DNA of 62,278 nucleotides, filler included, from Choristocarpus tenellus KU-1152 (lineage: Eukaryota > Protista > Phaeophyceae), in assembly GCA_964200185.2 (NCBI GenBank). It is 7 parts of 7 records of this genome, joined end to end, with 100 filler letters (N's around TTAATTAATTAA, not from the genome) between each part and the next. Parts side by side here need not be neighbours in the genome. Positions count along the whole stretch, not along the records: positions 1 to 24,865 come from CAXNAD020000198.1; 6 more parts are not named here. The stretch is one strand, 5' to 3'. Shown here in pieces: positions 11,701 through 24,865 of this stretch; positions within the stretch are counted from its first letter, which is position 1; each line of letters opens with the position of its first letter. The notes beneath the pieces are model-generated. The model saw only the letters and a program-made list of their open reading frames with translations, was not told the DNA's origin and did no database searches. A program made the translations under genes and the position numbers.

Positions 11701-14700
11701 GATTGATACCATGACTCTTAAACATGTGCAGTTGATTGACAACTGGAGTCTCTCATAGAAATGCAAAGCCACTGATATTATGAGGACGTGAAAGACAACA
11801 ACACCATAGATGCATTCACTACAATTCAAATCGTGCTGCTGGATTGTCTGTGCGGATAATGTGGTTGATGATGTTTACGCTTCTTTTGCACTGGGTAATT
11901 GGAAATATAAGAAGAGATACACCGTTACCTACAGGTCAATCTGTCGGAGCCCTCAACTGGGTGGCGAGGTATTTATTTTGGTCTCCAAACTATCTCTGGT
12001 TACTGTCCAATGTTGAAGAATGGATATACTCTGTCCTGAACGCTATTGCAATGATCGCAATCATACGTTGAAGTAGAATACTTTTTCTGCGATTTCAGTG
12101 GCCCAAAGCACCAAATCGACCTGAAGAGAACATATTTTTTAGAGAATGAGGATTCATGTCCATCCATTTCTTTGATAGGGTTTGGGTGGGACTCTCCAGA
12201 ATCCTATCCTTTCTTACGAAGGTACCTCCGAACCATAACTATCTGTTACTGTTGCCAATAGTAAGGCCCAAGATGACGGGTATTCGTAGGACTGACACGG
12301 TGTTGAGCTGCGGTGCCTTGTGATTTGTCCACCAATTAGCTTTGAGTGTCATGTACTATTTGCATCTACAATTGAAATGTTGAGGGAGGAGGAAGGGTGA
12401 TTTCAGCACAGGAGGACTACAGTGATGTGCATAATCTCAACTACCTGTGCTTTTCATGCGCCCCAATGTGACGATCAACAGATGTTCATCAGGGTTTAAC
12501 TTCTTGGGAGGTCTTGCAGAAGGTACCTTAGGTGTTGATTTGAATATGTTGAAGACCAATGCTCTAGAGCATACTCACAAGCACCGAATATGAAGAGTGG
12601 AATGTAATGCTCTCTTCAGCAATGTCGTAACATCTTGTAGCATGCTGATAACTTGAATTGTAAGCGGAAACAAGTCATCCCCAACCCCCCCAACCCCCCC
12701 AACCCCCCCAACCCCCTACCTCTCCCACCCTAAAGAAATACAGATAGACCCCTCCACAGTCCCAATTTTACACACACTAACCTCTGCTTCGCCGCTCCTC
12801 TTTACTCCGCCACCCCTCCCTCTTCCCCATGGGCAAAGTTCATATCCTGCTCAGCAACCATGCTTGATTCTCCAGGGCACTTTGCGTCCCTAGTACCCCT
12901 TGAGGCATGTCTGGGTGGCAAGGAATCCCTGCTCTCTGTTGAGAAAGATACCGCTCCTTGTGGGTCCAAAACATTTGTACTGTGGAATCCCCCAGTGGTA
13001 GAGGAACCTCTACATCATTTATCACCCAGTACCAGGGCTGCAAAGTCGCCTATTGCTGCTACAGGCAGTGAGACCACAGGGAGTGCTACCTCTGTGGCAC
13101 CCGTCATAGTGGTGGATGGGGGGAATGAGGATGTGAAGGGTGAATCACAAAAACAGGGAGCACAGAGATCAGAGCAGGTTTCAGCAGTGGGAATGGTTGC
13201 TGCTTCAGAAATTGCAACAGGAAGAGGAAGGAAAGGGAGACGTGGAAAGGGGAGGAAGGAGTTAGTGGGAAGAGTGCCCCGGCTATCAATGGGAGAGGGG
13301 AAGAAGATGAAAGGTGGCAAGTCAGTGGACTTGTTGCCCCCCCCTGTATCTGCTGATAGTGCCCTGACCAAGGAAGAGCCTGGGGCAGAGGTTAGGGCAA
13401 AGATGAGGAACGCTGGTGAAGGAGCTGTGCCAAAATTTGGGGTCAAGACGGGGGTTGCAGTGAAAGGGTGCTATGGGGATGGTGACAGGGGAGCTGGGGC
13501 AAGGACCAGGACAGGTCTTAGGGCTGAATTGTTGAGTCCAACTCATAAGAGGCGGCAAATTTGTCCAACAGACAACTATTATGACCTTGAGTATAAACGT
13601 CTCATGTGTTTGGATGTGCCTGGGACAAGAGGAGTGAGGGCTGGGGAAGAGCGGGCTCAACATGCTGTCACTGGTGAAAGGCAGCATCAGGCTGGTGGTA
13701 GTGAGGAAGTGAAATTTGTGAAAGGTTATGGAGCTGAAGGGGGGACTGAGGATGTGGAGGGTGTGGCTGAAGGGTCCCTAAAGGCCGTACTGAAAGGATG
13801 TGGAGCGATGGGAGTAGAGGAAGGTAACAGAGATGAGCTCCTTTCGGGGGAGGTGTTGGAACTGAGTAAGGATGTCCCTTGCTGGGAGGAAAAGAGGCGG
13901 AGTCCCATTGTGGAAACGGCTCAGGTGCTGGCAGCTGTGGTAAAGCAACGTGTCCGCACCATTGCCTTCTGCAGGACAAGGAAACTGACAGAGCTGGCCC
14001 TGCGATATTGCCTGCAGGTGGATGCAGTGTAGATACCTGAAGGGGGGGTTGCAAGTGGGAGGGGATTTGAGGAAGTTCTGCCAAGGATGGGTCTTGTAAG
14101 GCAATATCATATGGTTGAGTCCAGCCTCCTGACATTTAGGTATCTGATATGGGGCCTCACCCCCTACACCGCTTTCAAAATTTGTGATACATATATTGAC
14201 CTATGCTAGTGACTGCATTTGAAAATTTTTGGTCGGCAGAGGGAAAGGACTCCACCCCCGCCCTACCTGTCTCGGTATTCCTTGCACACTGACACACACC
14301 CATTTGATTGAAAATTATGTTGTGCTCTTGCTTTTCAGGACCTAGATACCTCCGCTCCACACCTAACAAGCCTGGTTAGGGGCTACCGCGGTGGTTACAC
14401 AAAGGGGGACAGGAGAGAAATCGAGGGCAAGCTCTTTGCCAACCAGGTACGAGATGGGAACCCTCCATCTGATGTTCTCATCATTTTTTTTACCCATTTC
14501 CATTCCAGTCGTATTCACATCACAAGTTGCGTACTGTACTCTTGTACCTTGCATTCCCACCACCACATGTCACTGCTGTGCATGTAAGGATTTTTGTGTC
14601 CTGAGCACAGTTGCCTACATGTGTTGCCTGCTGTATATTCATCTAAGCTCCTAGGGGTGACGGCAACATGTGCGCTGGAGCTTGGTGTTGATATTGGGGA

Positions 14701-17700
14701 GCTGGACGTCACATTGCACCTTGGCTTTCCTGGTGAGAGCAAAGTTTGAATGTGCCAAGCATTGAGCGGGAAGAAGAGTCAGAGGTGTCACGTCACCCCT
14801 TCGTCCCCTGCTTCGATTATTATCAATATGTGCAATGCTATGGAGTGGTGCAAAGGTGCTTGAGCACCGACTTCACCATTTTATGTGCAGTAACCAATTC
14901 ACTGAACCCTTCGAAATGTGGTGTTTCCCTGGCTCGCAAGGATGGATTGTAGGGGAGTGCTGCTCTAGGGAATAGCCTCAAGAATAACATTCCACAACGG
15001 CATGTCACAAGCAAATGCCACGAGAAAGAGAGACTAGTTACTTGGTTTACTTCATGTTAGACATATACCCCGCAGTATTTATAGTACTAAAGAAGTACAG
15101 TATAGTTTGTACCAGACTCCAAGCGCTTCATCTGACCGGATGAAGGGTTGTTTTCCTCTTCAGTATATGCTGTAGGTATGGTTATTCAAGGATGTGTAGC
15201 AATATGTAGTGGTCGTGTTTCTGCTTGTTCAGAACCGATGTGAAGAGGTTGGGGGTACAGTCTCGCTAGTAAATGATTTGGACTTGGTTATGTGCATTTT
15301 GAAGAGGAATTGGCAATTGTTGGTGTCCCTGGTGGAGGTAATTGGATGACATGTAAGTGCTTTATCTCACGTGATGTGATCTCATCAACCAAGTCATGGG
15401 AAGGGACATATGAAGATCTGTGTCTGTGTTAGCTCTTCATGTGCACTAACTCTATGAAGTGGAATTGGAGCTCTGACAGAAATGAAAGGACATGGAAAAG
15501 AGTTACTCTCATCAAACACGTCTCGTTGGCACTACCTCTTTGTACTCAGATTTTTCTTCATCTTGCTTGTGATCCAACATACAAGGTATTGAAAGTCTGT
15601 TGATGATGCAAGGTGTTTTACTGAGGTTTGGGTGATCAAATCCCTGCCCCACATCGAGCTTTGGCTGTTTTGTGAGGAAGAACCCTAAGTGGTTCAAATG
15701 AGGTGCATGTTCTCATAGTTGATTCTCGTTGTGGTGACATTATGCAAGCAGGCAGCATTTCAAGCTTACGGCAGCAAGCTGGTCGTGCTGGGCGAGGGGG
15801 AACAGACTCCCTGGCTATCATGGTGCTGTTTCAGGTAATCTCCCCCGCAAATCACATGTGAGAGTCATATTTCCTGGCCATTCCTCCTTCCTTGTTAGTT
15901 TGAGACTAGAAGATGATTGGGCATCAATGATGCCGTTGCTTACGCAGCTTGCTGTTTGGTTTGGGCTATGTTCTGTTGTTTATGTTGATCTTGCCAGTCT
16001 TTTTTTGCGCATGCCTTTCAAGCACAACTTCGAACTCCAATCTTTGTAATTCTCAAAACAGTCACAGGATTGGCTTCATTTAGACCCCATAAGTTGCTTG
16101 TCATATATCATTTCGAGGTTAAGAAGAGAAGATTGTTGGCACAGAGATTATATGTGTGCCTCACTGCAAGCATGTTCTATGAAGAATACCATTCACTACA
16201 GCATATGGTGTGTGCATTACTCATTGTACCCACCCCTTCATAATGTACTTTGAAGTGGCTGTGGACTGATGGAAGGAATCTCAGTGATCCCCTTTCTTAG
16301 CATCCTCACCTCCCCCCTTCTCTCTTCCGCATCACACCTCACTCACAAGTCCATTCCCAATCTCCCATCCCTTCCATCTCCCTCCCAACACTTAGGACCC
16401 GGTCTCCCAGTATTTCCTACACAACCCACGGGAGCTGCTCCACAAGGAACCAGAGGCAGCGGTGCTGGACGCAAAAAATGATCTTGTGAGGACTATTGGT
16501 TGATATGCATTGAAGGTTTTTTGTGGATGAATTTTTCTCAGATTGATGATGTCAGCAGACATGATGTGGAACAGGTGCTGCCAAGTTCCTATTACGGTGC
16601 GATGAACATTCCCATAAGGACTTGGCACCAGTTTCTTCAGTTTCAGCTTGAACAGAATATCGAGCAAATCAGAAAACAGAACAAGGCATGAATAATAATT
16701 GCAACCTGCTTCACTCTAACATTGGGTGTTGTAAGTGCTAACTGAATTCCGCCGTGGTAGCTACTACTGGCAGATTTATGTCTTTCTTGCCTTGCTTCCA
16801 TAAAGCATATGTGACGCTTTCACTTTGCTACCTGTATGATGCAGATAGGAGTACGTGGACAACCTCATTGCATAGAAATAGCTCAAGTGAGGTGAGGAAG
16901 ATGGGATGTGATAAATTAGTTGTGATCTCTTACATGGGTTCATATTCTGTAACTTCATAGCTGAAACTTGCATTTTAAAACATTTGTGATGCAGGTGCTT
17001 GGTAGAGTAGCTTATTTTCTAGCACATCCTGTACCATCATCAGTGCAGTCGCTGAAGTTCACATACCTGTTGTGCTTATTGTTCATCCATGAACCATTTC
17101 CTCCTTCCTCATATGGTGGTTCATTTCCATTGGTCTTACAAGCACAATTACGCTAGAGGAGGCTTTGCCATGAATCTATCAAGCTCTGTGCCAGACATAA
17201 CCATACTTGCTCTCTCCCTTTCCACTTCACTGAACCTGTGCGTAACACTATGCCCTCCTCCCAAAGTCTCCATATTGACCTACTAAATGTATCGCACACA
17301 TATATGCCAATCACCCCTAACCCTTGTCCTCCATAAATATATTTTCAGCTCTCAGAGTACTTTGCCAGTGCCATCTTGTGGTATGCTCATGTGAATGTCC
17401 GTTATGTTACCATCACTGTTCAGGTTTAAGTCCCTTATCCGCTGACATCATTGCATCGTTTTCTCTTATCGGTTCCCAAGACCTGACCCTTAATAGCCTG
17501 ACTTGAAACATAAAGGGGTATCAAGTGAAATGCCAATGTTCCCATTTCCACACTTTCTGTCCTCCTGTCTCTCAAACTTACCTGCTTCCCACTCATCCCA
17601 ACTCAATGTCCCTCATGGACACGTGCAGATCCTCCAGTCGCATCTACTGTGTGCAGCAGCAGAGTGCCCTCTTGGTGTGCCCCATTTGGGTGGGGTCTGT

Positions 17701-20700
17701 GATGAAGGCCTCTTTGGAGGGAGGAAAAAGATGGATGAGGTAAGAGTGCCAGTCATCTAGGTGAATAGATGTCCTCTTGTGAACTGCCTCGAAGTACATA
17801 AGTGACAAGACAATTCTAACCTACTTGGGATAGAGAAGTCCTGTGATACTTCCAATACCCCCCCTCACCACTCTCATTTCCTCCAGCATCCCCCCCACTC
17901 CCTGTCCCACCTGTCTCAATCCACTTGCCGCTACTCAGACATCACCTTGTGTCCTCAAGAAGTGTAAATTTGCACAACCTGCCTGTGCTATTGTGGGGTT
18001 CTTTATTTGCCGTGTCTCTGTCCCCTCATCCGTTTTCAAAGCTCTTTGGGTAGATGACTCTTTGATAGGGTTGGACATAGTCTCTGCAGAATTGTGATGT
18101 TGGGGCAAAGAAAAAGTGAGGAGTGATATTGTTTTTCTTATCTTGGGTATATACCTGGGGTTTTTCTGTGATCCTCTTGTTCAACTGACAGGTTATTGAC
18201 TTGATGATGGGAGGGGATTTTCCACGTCTTGTCAAGGCGTCTGATGGTGTAGCAGGCTGGTCGGCAAATGCAGCCCTGGATCCTCCGCCATGCAGAAGAG
18301 TGGGTTTGAGGATGATTGATCCAGTCACGTGAGATGCTTCTTCCTCCCCCAATGCCCATGATTCAATAGATTGATAGCAAGCTCTTAACAGTGAAAGATA
18401 AACTTGAGCTTGGCACTATTGTGGGATCCGCATTTTTTTTTCATGTAGTCAATTGTTGTGCTTTCACATGCCTACAATTGCAAAATTTGGGGCAATTGTT
18501 TGTACAATACGGATTGCTTTTGCTTTTTCCTCACTGCCACAAGTTGTTTAGTGTTTACATACCCTTTAAGTGGACTGTTTTTTTTCCAGTGACATGAATT
18601 GGTTTGCTGACATGTTGATCTTAATTGGAAGTTAAAGGACGTAAAGTGCAGAAATTGATGCTTTGTTGTCTATATTGATGCTTTAATGCATCATCGGTTA
18701 ATGTTAAACCAGCACCTCTCACCCTCAACCCCCTGCATAGGTTCTCAGTTGTTGATGACTTGAGGGAGGAGCAGACAATTGATCACGTTGAATACAGCCG
18801 GGCATTCTTCTCCCTGTTCGAAGGGGCTATATACCTTCACCAGGTCATGTGTCCTTGTGATGTCCTATTGAATTGCAGAGCTTGCTGATTTTGAAGCTTA
18901 TCATGAATAGGTGTGCATTTTCTATATCAGAAATGCTGTGTGCATCACGAACATAGCTCTACATAAAACACATCTAGTGTAGTTACTTTTTAGGTGAACA
19001 CCACACAGTATTCTTCAAAGTGCATTACTTCATTTTTTCTCCAGCGATAAGTCAAATTCACCATTCCACAGTTCACACAGGGTGTGATTCATATGTTCAA
19101 CACAATAGTGTTAGGAGTGCTTATAATGCTTATACTTTCCTTTGAGCTTAGATACAGCTCCACTACGGTTATAGATATCTGAGGAACAGCAAGGTGCACC
19201 ATAGTAGACTCAAGCTCCTAGTCAAGGGTGAGGTGATAAAAGTCATGGGTTGCTTCTCCAGGTACATTCGTAATTTTTGACCAACTACTCAACTCAAGTT
19301 GTTACTGCCACTACAATGACTCTTACATAGTGTGGTGAAATATCATATGTAGGTCTTCAATGTATTTTCCTTAGAAATACAATCTCTTGAATCTCTTCTC
19401 CTGCTACTTCAGGCCAGGCAATACATGGTGACAAAGCTGGACCTCAAGGCAGTTGTGGCCCACGTACGGCCTGTCAAGGTGGACTATTTCACAGCATCCC
19501 GTAATAATGTGGATGTAAACGTGACCAAGGTGCTAGAGACAAGTGACGACAATCATGCTCACACGTGAGCCGTTCTCTCCTCGTTCTTTCACTGTGTACT
19601 CCGTGTCCCAGCACAGCCATTCTTTCCATCAGCAGTAACACCCATTTCCCATGTTGTTGATGATTGGTTAGCAGGTTCTTCACCCAAAGATTAAAAAAAA
19701 TATCATTCTCCATGTTGCTGGCCCACTCAGCACTTACACACGCTTCTTGTTAACCCTCCCACATACTACATCACACCTTGAAGTGGTGCTGTGGATGTTG
19801 TTGCCACTGTACATGGTTACGTTAAGATAAGAGCAAACACTGGTCGCACCTTTGAAAGGGGTACCTGCTCTCTTCCTTCTCTGTGCTATGGAACTCGGGC
19901 ATTTTGGCTAGACATCGGTGTCGGGCTCAGGGAGACTGTGATGCTGGAAGGTCATGACTTCAAGGTATTATAAATTGGGGAGAACGGTTTGCTTTTCCAT
20001 CGTATGCTTTGTTTGTTGGGCTGATAACTCCCTAGTGCCATACATTGTGAAAGGGAGATATCGGCATTGCTCCAGTCCCTTGAGTAGTGTTATCTTCATG
20101 GGCAATATTCAGAGGTGTGCTTGCAATTGGTGTGTGTGCTCCACACAGGTGCGAAAGGACTTGACCTCCTTGAAAACATATGTTACCCCAGCAATGCATT
20201 CAAATCATTCAGCACCCTGTTGTTTGACAAATTCCCATGATCTTCACAACTCCATACTCCCATCCCCTTGGGCAATGCCTCACACCTCTTCTTTTGTGGG
20301 TCATGTTCCGTGCAAAAGGGAGGAGTCCATGCTCTGGCGCATGCTCTCCTTGCTGTGATTCCCCTCTTCCTGATGTGTGACCCTGAAGATGTGGACTGTG
20401 AGCATTACCGTGAATTCCAGCACCGACCAAGACCCAGCCGTGTCATGATCTTTGACAAACGTCCTGGGGGAACTGGAGTGTCAGATTCCATATTTTCTCG
20501 TCACAGGCAAGCAAAGATTCAAGAGACCGCCTCCCTCCCACTCGCCTCTGTTGGAATGGAATGTACGTTCTGTTCAAATGGAGCTAGGGTTGGATGGTTG
20601 TTGCCTTTTGACTCACATAGTGGTAGTGTGTATGATTTACCGGAGAGAATCGGTTTGATTTTTTATGTTCTTGGGGGTCACAGTCTCTCTTCGCAAGCTA

Positions 20701-22818
20701 CTTCAGTATAGTTATCAAAATAAGGTACCCAACTTTTAGCGCCTGCTTGCAGGGCGCACACATCCGCACAAGCACTTCTGATTGGAGGCCAGATCCCCCC
20801 CCACCCAACCATGTCAACCAATTCCCTTCCCAGTAATTTGACCCTAAGCTTGTCAGGTATTGTGCTTCATTTTGTCAAATATTGGTGTTCTACCAGAGGC
20901 ATTCAATCGCACAACTGTCTGTCCTGGTGGAACAGTGGTGTCTCAATCTCACATGTTCATATATTGTTGGTATGAGTCCCGACTGGCCACTTTTATCACT
21001 CCCTACAATGGTATTATAGCAATAGATTGTGGTGGAGGGAGTGCATGGTGACAAGCTTAATTTGAACCTCGTACCGACTGACCCCCTTGTTTGGAAGGGG
21101 TTGCCTCATTATATGGCAATTCTCTCTCCTGTGTGACCTCAAGTATAAGAGTGCCAGTGTACATGTGTTGCTTGAAAGATGACCAGTTCATTTCTTGAGT
21201 TTCCTTCTTATCCATTAGCCTACCATTGCTCCACCTTTACCATATCTTGAGAAAATTGCTTGACATATTGCCACATCAGAATAAAGGAGGGTGATGTAGA
21301 CCCTGTGATATATACCACCTTGATACAGTCCTATAGAGGAGGAGATATTGGACCATACGAAGGAAGGAATTCATGCTCTAGGAGACTGACACCCTATAGC
21401 AGCAGTAGCCCCTGGCGGGAAGTTGAACTAGCTGTAGGCCCTGAGATATATGACAGTTTGATCCAACAACTATATAGTGGGAAATTTTGGTCCATACTCC
21501 CCTTTCCACACACAATGTGATTCCACAATTCAGTAAGTTTCTTTCTCCAATTCTACAACATGGCATCTTTTTGCCCTTTCCCGCGATCCTTAAAATGCAA
21601 CCCTCCCTACTTCCCATCTGGTTTGACTTTGGATGGGTATGAAGTGTTACGTATTCATTGTCATGTACATAAACTTCTCTCCTTCTCCCATCTCTTCTCC
21701 GTTCTATGAAACTTATGGCACAGAGTACATAGTCTTCAAACACAGTTTGAAGACTATGTCCTTTCTGCCCTATTCCATCGCCTGAACATGGCCTGTCCAG
21801 CTATCGCGGCCTCTCTTGCTTCAAGTATCGTGGTGTCACGTATGTGCATTTTATGCGTGTGTGCTGTAAACAGGGATGTTATGTCTAAGGCACTGCAACT
21901 ACTAGAAGGATGCTGCTGCCCAGATGGCTGTCTCAATTGCATTCACGACCATGGATGTACAGGCTACAACTCGGTGAGGGTTTGAACTTTCTCTAGTAGC
22001 TACAGGTGATAGCCACAGAGTGAAAATGCAATAGAGTGGAGAATGAACATCGAGAAAGACCACCGGGACGTGTGCTCTTTGAGAGTCTGGATGGTACATG
22101 CTGTGAGATGATGCATAAAGCTTTTGAATCACATCCTCAGTTGGGGTATTACGTACTGACCCCAATCACAGCTTTGCTTTACTTGTGTACCACTTCTCAA
22201 CTTCCAATGTCCCCACCATCCTTAGTCACCCGTCAAACACAGTAGCCTCGCCTGTTCAGCCCCCAGTGTCTAAACCTCAACACATAGCCATCAACCCCTG
22301 ACTAACATACCCTGTCAAACTGTTGGTAGCTTCTGGACAAGAAGGCTGCTCTCATCCTACTTCGTGGCATGATCCATCTCATGGGCACAAAGGGGGTGGG
22401 CACCACAACAACAAGAGGAGGTGATGACACTGAAACCTCTTCCTCTGGTAAACAAGTGAATGGGACTGAATGGTCAGGTTCTACGCAAAGGAGGGGGTGC
22501 AGTGGTGAAAGTTTTGGGTGCGACTTTCTCCTCAGGGGTGAGGATGAAGGGGTTGTTTCCTGCCCAGCATCCCCTCAAGGAGGACAGAAGTGTACTTCAG
22601 AAGAAGAGGTAACAAGGAGAAGGGCAGCAAGGGACGTGGGTGCTAATGATGATAAGCAGGCCTGTGAGGGCCGAAGGGAAACGACTGTGCCTGATCCAAC
22701 TTTGCTGTCTCCCTGGAAGAAGCAAAGGCTGCGCAATTTGCGCCTTGCAAAGGGCATGGAAAGGGCACGCCAGAAGGATATTGAGGTTCAAGGGTGTTGG
22801 ATCCCTTCCGTGCCCTAG
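5527..22818 (+). CDS. HRQ1: Hrq1/RecQ4-family DEAH-box DNA helicase with C-terminal DUF1998 (MrfA-type Zn-binding) domain; 22 exons, about 1563 aa
   Basis: Hand-spliced exons: 5527-5722, 6010-6122, 6887-7072, 7791-8299, 9428-9595, 9801-9995, 10477-10564, 11138-11266, 11533-11634, 12839-14017, 14339-14446, 14648-14732, 15752-15834, 16396-16485, 17629-17739, 18192-18328, 18741-18843, 19413-19564, 19784-19964, 20319-20506, 21874-21973, 22330-22818 (sum 4692 nt, all phases compatible). Motifs: LFEHQA, STSTSSGKS (I), LYLFPTKALAQDQ (Ia), DGDTP, TNPDMLH, DE|AH (II), SCSAT (III), AFCRTRK (IV), YRGGY, ATCALELGVDIG (V), QQAGRAGR (VI), HLLCAAAE, GAIYLHQ, GGVHALAH, FDKRPGGTG, CCCPDGCLNC. The first four exons are less certain than the core. 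Confidence 0.93.
8668..8708. repeat. (CA)n microsatellite, about 20 units, in HRQ1 intron 4
   Basis: Uninterrupted cacaca run. Confidence 0.95.
12679..12716. repeat. (AACCCCCCC)n C-run tandem repeat in HRQ1 intron 9
   Basis: ccccaacccccccaacccccccaacccccccaaccccc. Confidence 0.85.
21500..21626. repeat. Dispersed repeat family D copy (in HRQ1 intron 20)
   Basis: tctttttgccc...atccttaaaatg.aa.cct core shared with 50126-50242 and about 53780-53869. Confidence 0.7.
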
Positions 22819-24691
22819 CAGGGGATGAGACATCCCTTCATACTATATCTCTTCATGTGTATGTAATTATTGTTTTGGTTTTGTGATAAATAGACCAAGT
22901 AAGGCGTATGTCCCAAGCTTCAACAGAAGATTAAGATTCAAGACATTGGGAGATATATTTTCAAGCACCTGAAGAGTGTTTCAAATGTTGCCAGCTTTGT
23001 GGAGACTGGGGTTGAATCCACAACAGCAATTGGACCATCCCGTTTTCAAAATGCAGAATATAATGCAGTAGAACAAATTTGCAGCTAGCTGCTGCAAAAG
23101 ATCGTCTAAGAATAGAAGTCCTGGTGAATGCCTTGCAACTCTCAGTTATTGTATGGCTTCCATGCATATGTAAGTATAATCCGTACGAAGGATCATGTTC
23201 TTCCAAATCTGCAATAATTTGTGGCTGCAGCTCATTAGGTGGATAATAGGAACGAATCATCTGTTGACAAATTTTGCTTCTACTCAAGGAACATTGCATA
23301 AATGTGAGCATGAAGCATGTTTGTGGTTTCCCTCTCCCTGAAGAGTCGCATTCGATATGTGGAATATATGTAACTGTACCTAAGGAGTGCATACCGTTCG
23401 TTTTGAAAAGACGTTTGAAATGATGGTACCATTATAGTATTATTGTTGTTGCGTCATAAGAGTACCGAGTATTGGATGGGTCCATACAACTGACTTACTC
23501 TTCAAAGAGGGAGACACTACTTGGCAGAGGCTTAAGTCCTACAGGAATGAAAGAAATTGCCAAGAAAGAATGAAAGGAGGAGAAACAAGAACACTGTGTG
23601 TTGTATTCAACGTTAGGACATATGCGTGTAACATCAAAACGTGCATATTACTCCTATTACTAATTACCAAAAGCAATTAATTCAAAATGCACTTAGTGAT
23701 GATATCTCGAGACTACATAGTTCGGCTCTACACTCTCCAAGTGACGAAAAGGTATCGTGTCCAACTTTGCGTTGGTGTAATAGGATATGTGGCATCTAGG
23801 CGTTACTCCTTTTTGGTGCATTTACCATTCTCCTCCCACATCATTGCTCCACATGGTGCAAAAAATGTAAGAAAAGTGGGGTGGGTGATAGTGAGGTGGT
23901 GATAGTGTAGGATAGGACTCAACATCTGAGATGATATTTTATTGTGAATGGAGAGGGAGGTATGTATTAGATTGTTACTATGAATCAGCACTAACATTGC
24001 AAGGTATAGTCACTACGAGAAGAGAACATAACAGCAATATGATTGTCCCATGCCACAATGAGCAAGAGTTTTCAGAAAGAACATGTTGAATGGAAGTGGC
24101 AGTGGTGCCCAATACCTTATCTCTACACACCTCACCTCACGCACACCTGAACACATGCTGACTCTGTGGCAACATGGCTTTCATTCTAATGGACTAAATT
24201 GTCAACAGTGTTGCCCAAACCACAGGTGTTTGAATGTAAGGATTGGAGAGGTTACGACTCCCAACACTTCCACATTGGGAGGGCCAATTTTCTGAGGTAA
24301 AGCGTGGCACATGGAAAATATGAACCAATATGTTTTCTATCAATATTTTCTGATCAATAATATCGAGCACAGGGTCATGGCTGCGAGTAAGTAACTCAAT
24401 GTGGAAATGTTGGGGAGTGGCAGTCAACGTAAGTTGCCAGAACCTTATTGCTGGATGGGAGGATGATGAGGGTTCCCATTGATGACCATGATCAGGAGGA
24501 AGAACATGTTGGGGTGTACTTTGTTAAGCAATATTATGGGAGCATAGTAAATGTACCCGAGGTAGCGATGTCCACCTGCCATGTATCCTACTACAGCATA
24601 TCAAAGTGGGATAATGTGCTGATGCAACTGCCTATGTGGGCTGGTCTCTTCAAGTTGGCTAAGTTGCCTAGAATAATGATTTGGAATAGAG

Positions 24692-24865
24692 GGCTCAAAG
24701 TATCTGGAGGGGGGGTGGCGACTGTCCATCTGGAGTCTTTTTTTTTGTTGTTGTGATGTTTAGGAGATTTGGTTGCATACGTCGGATGGATAATGTAAAT
24801 CCAATTTTCCTGATTTTGACCTAACTGGACACAATGGTGTAGAACCCCCCCCCCCCCCCCCCCCC
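24692..24865. mobile_element. MITE family A copy, truncated by an assembly gap at poly-C
   Basis: ggctcaaagtatctgg...ctgtccat...gatttggttgcat...gatggataatg...tggacac...gtgtaga matches 3807-3986. Confidence 0.8.

Noticed and set aside
5527-22818. DUF1998 helicase as part of a prokaryotic defence system (DISARM/Druantia-like)
   Set aside because: Spliceosomal introns and Hrq1-type architecture indicate the ordinary eukaryotic repair helicase; no partner genes nearby
22961-23392. 143-aa minus-strand ORF downstream of HRQ1
   Set aside because: No recognisable motif or clear splice support; probably a chance ORF or decayed TE
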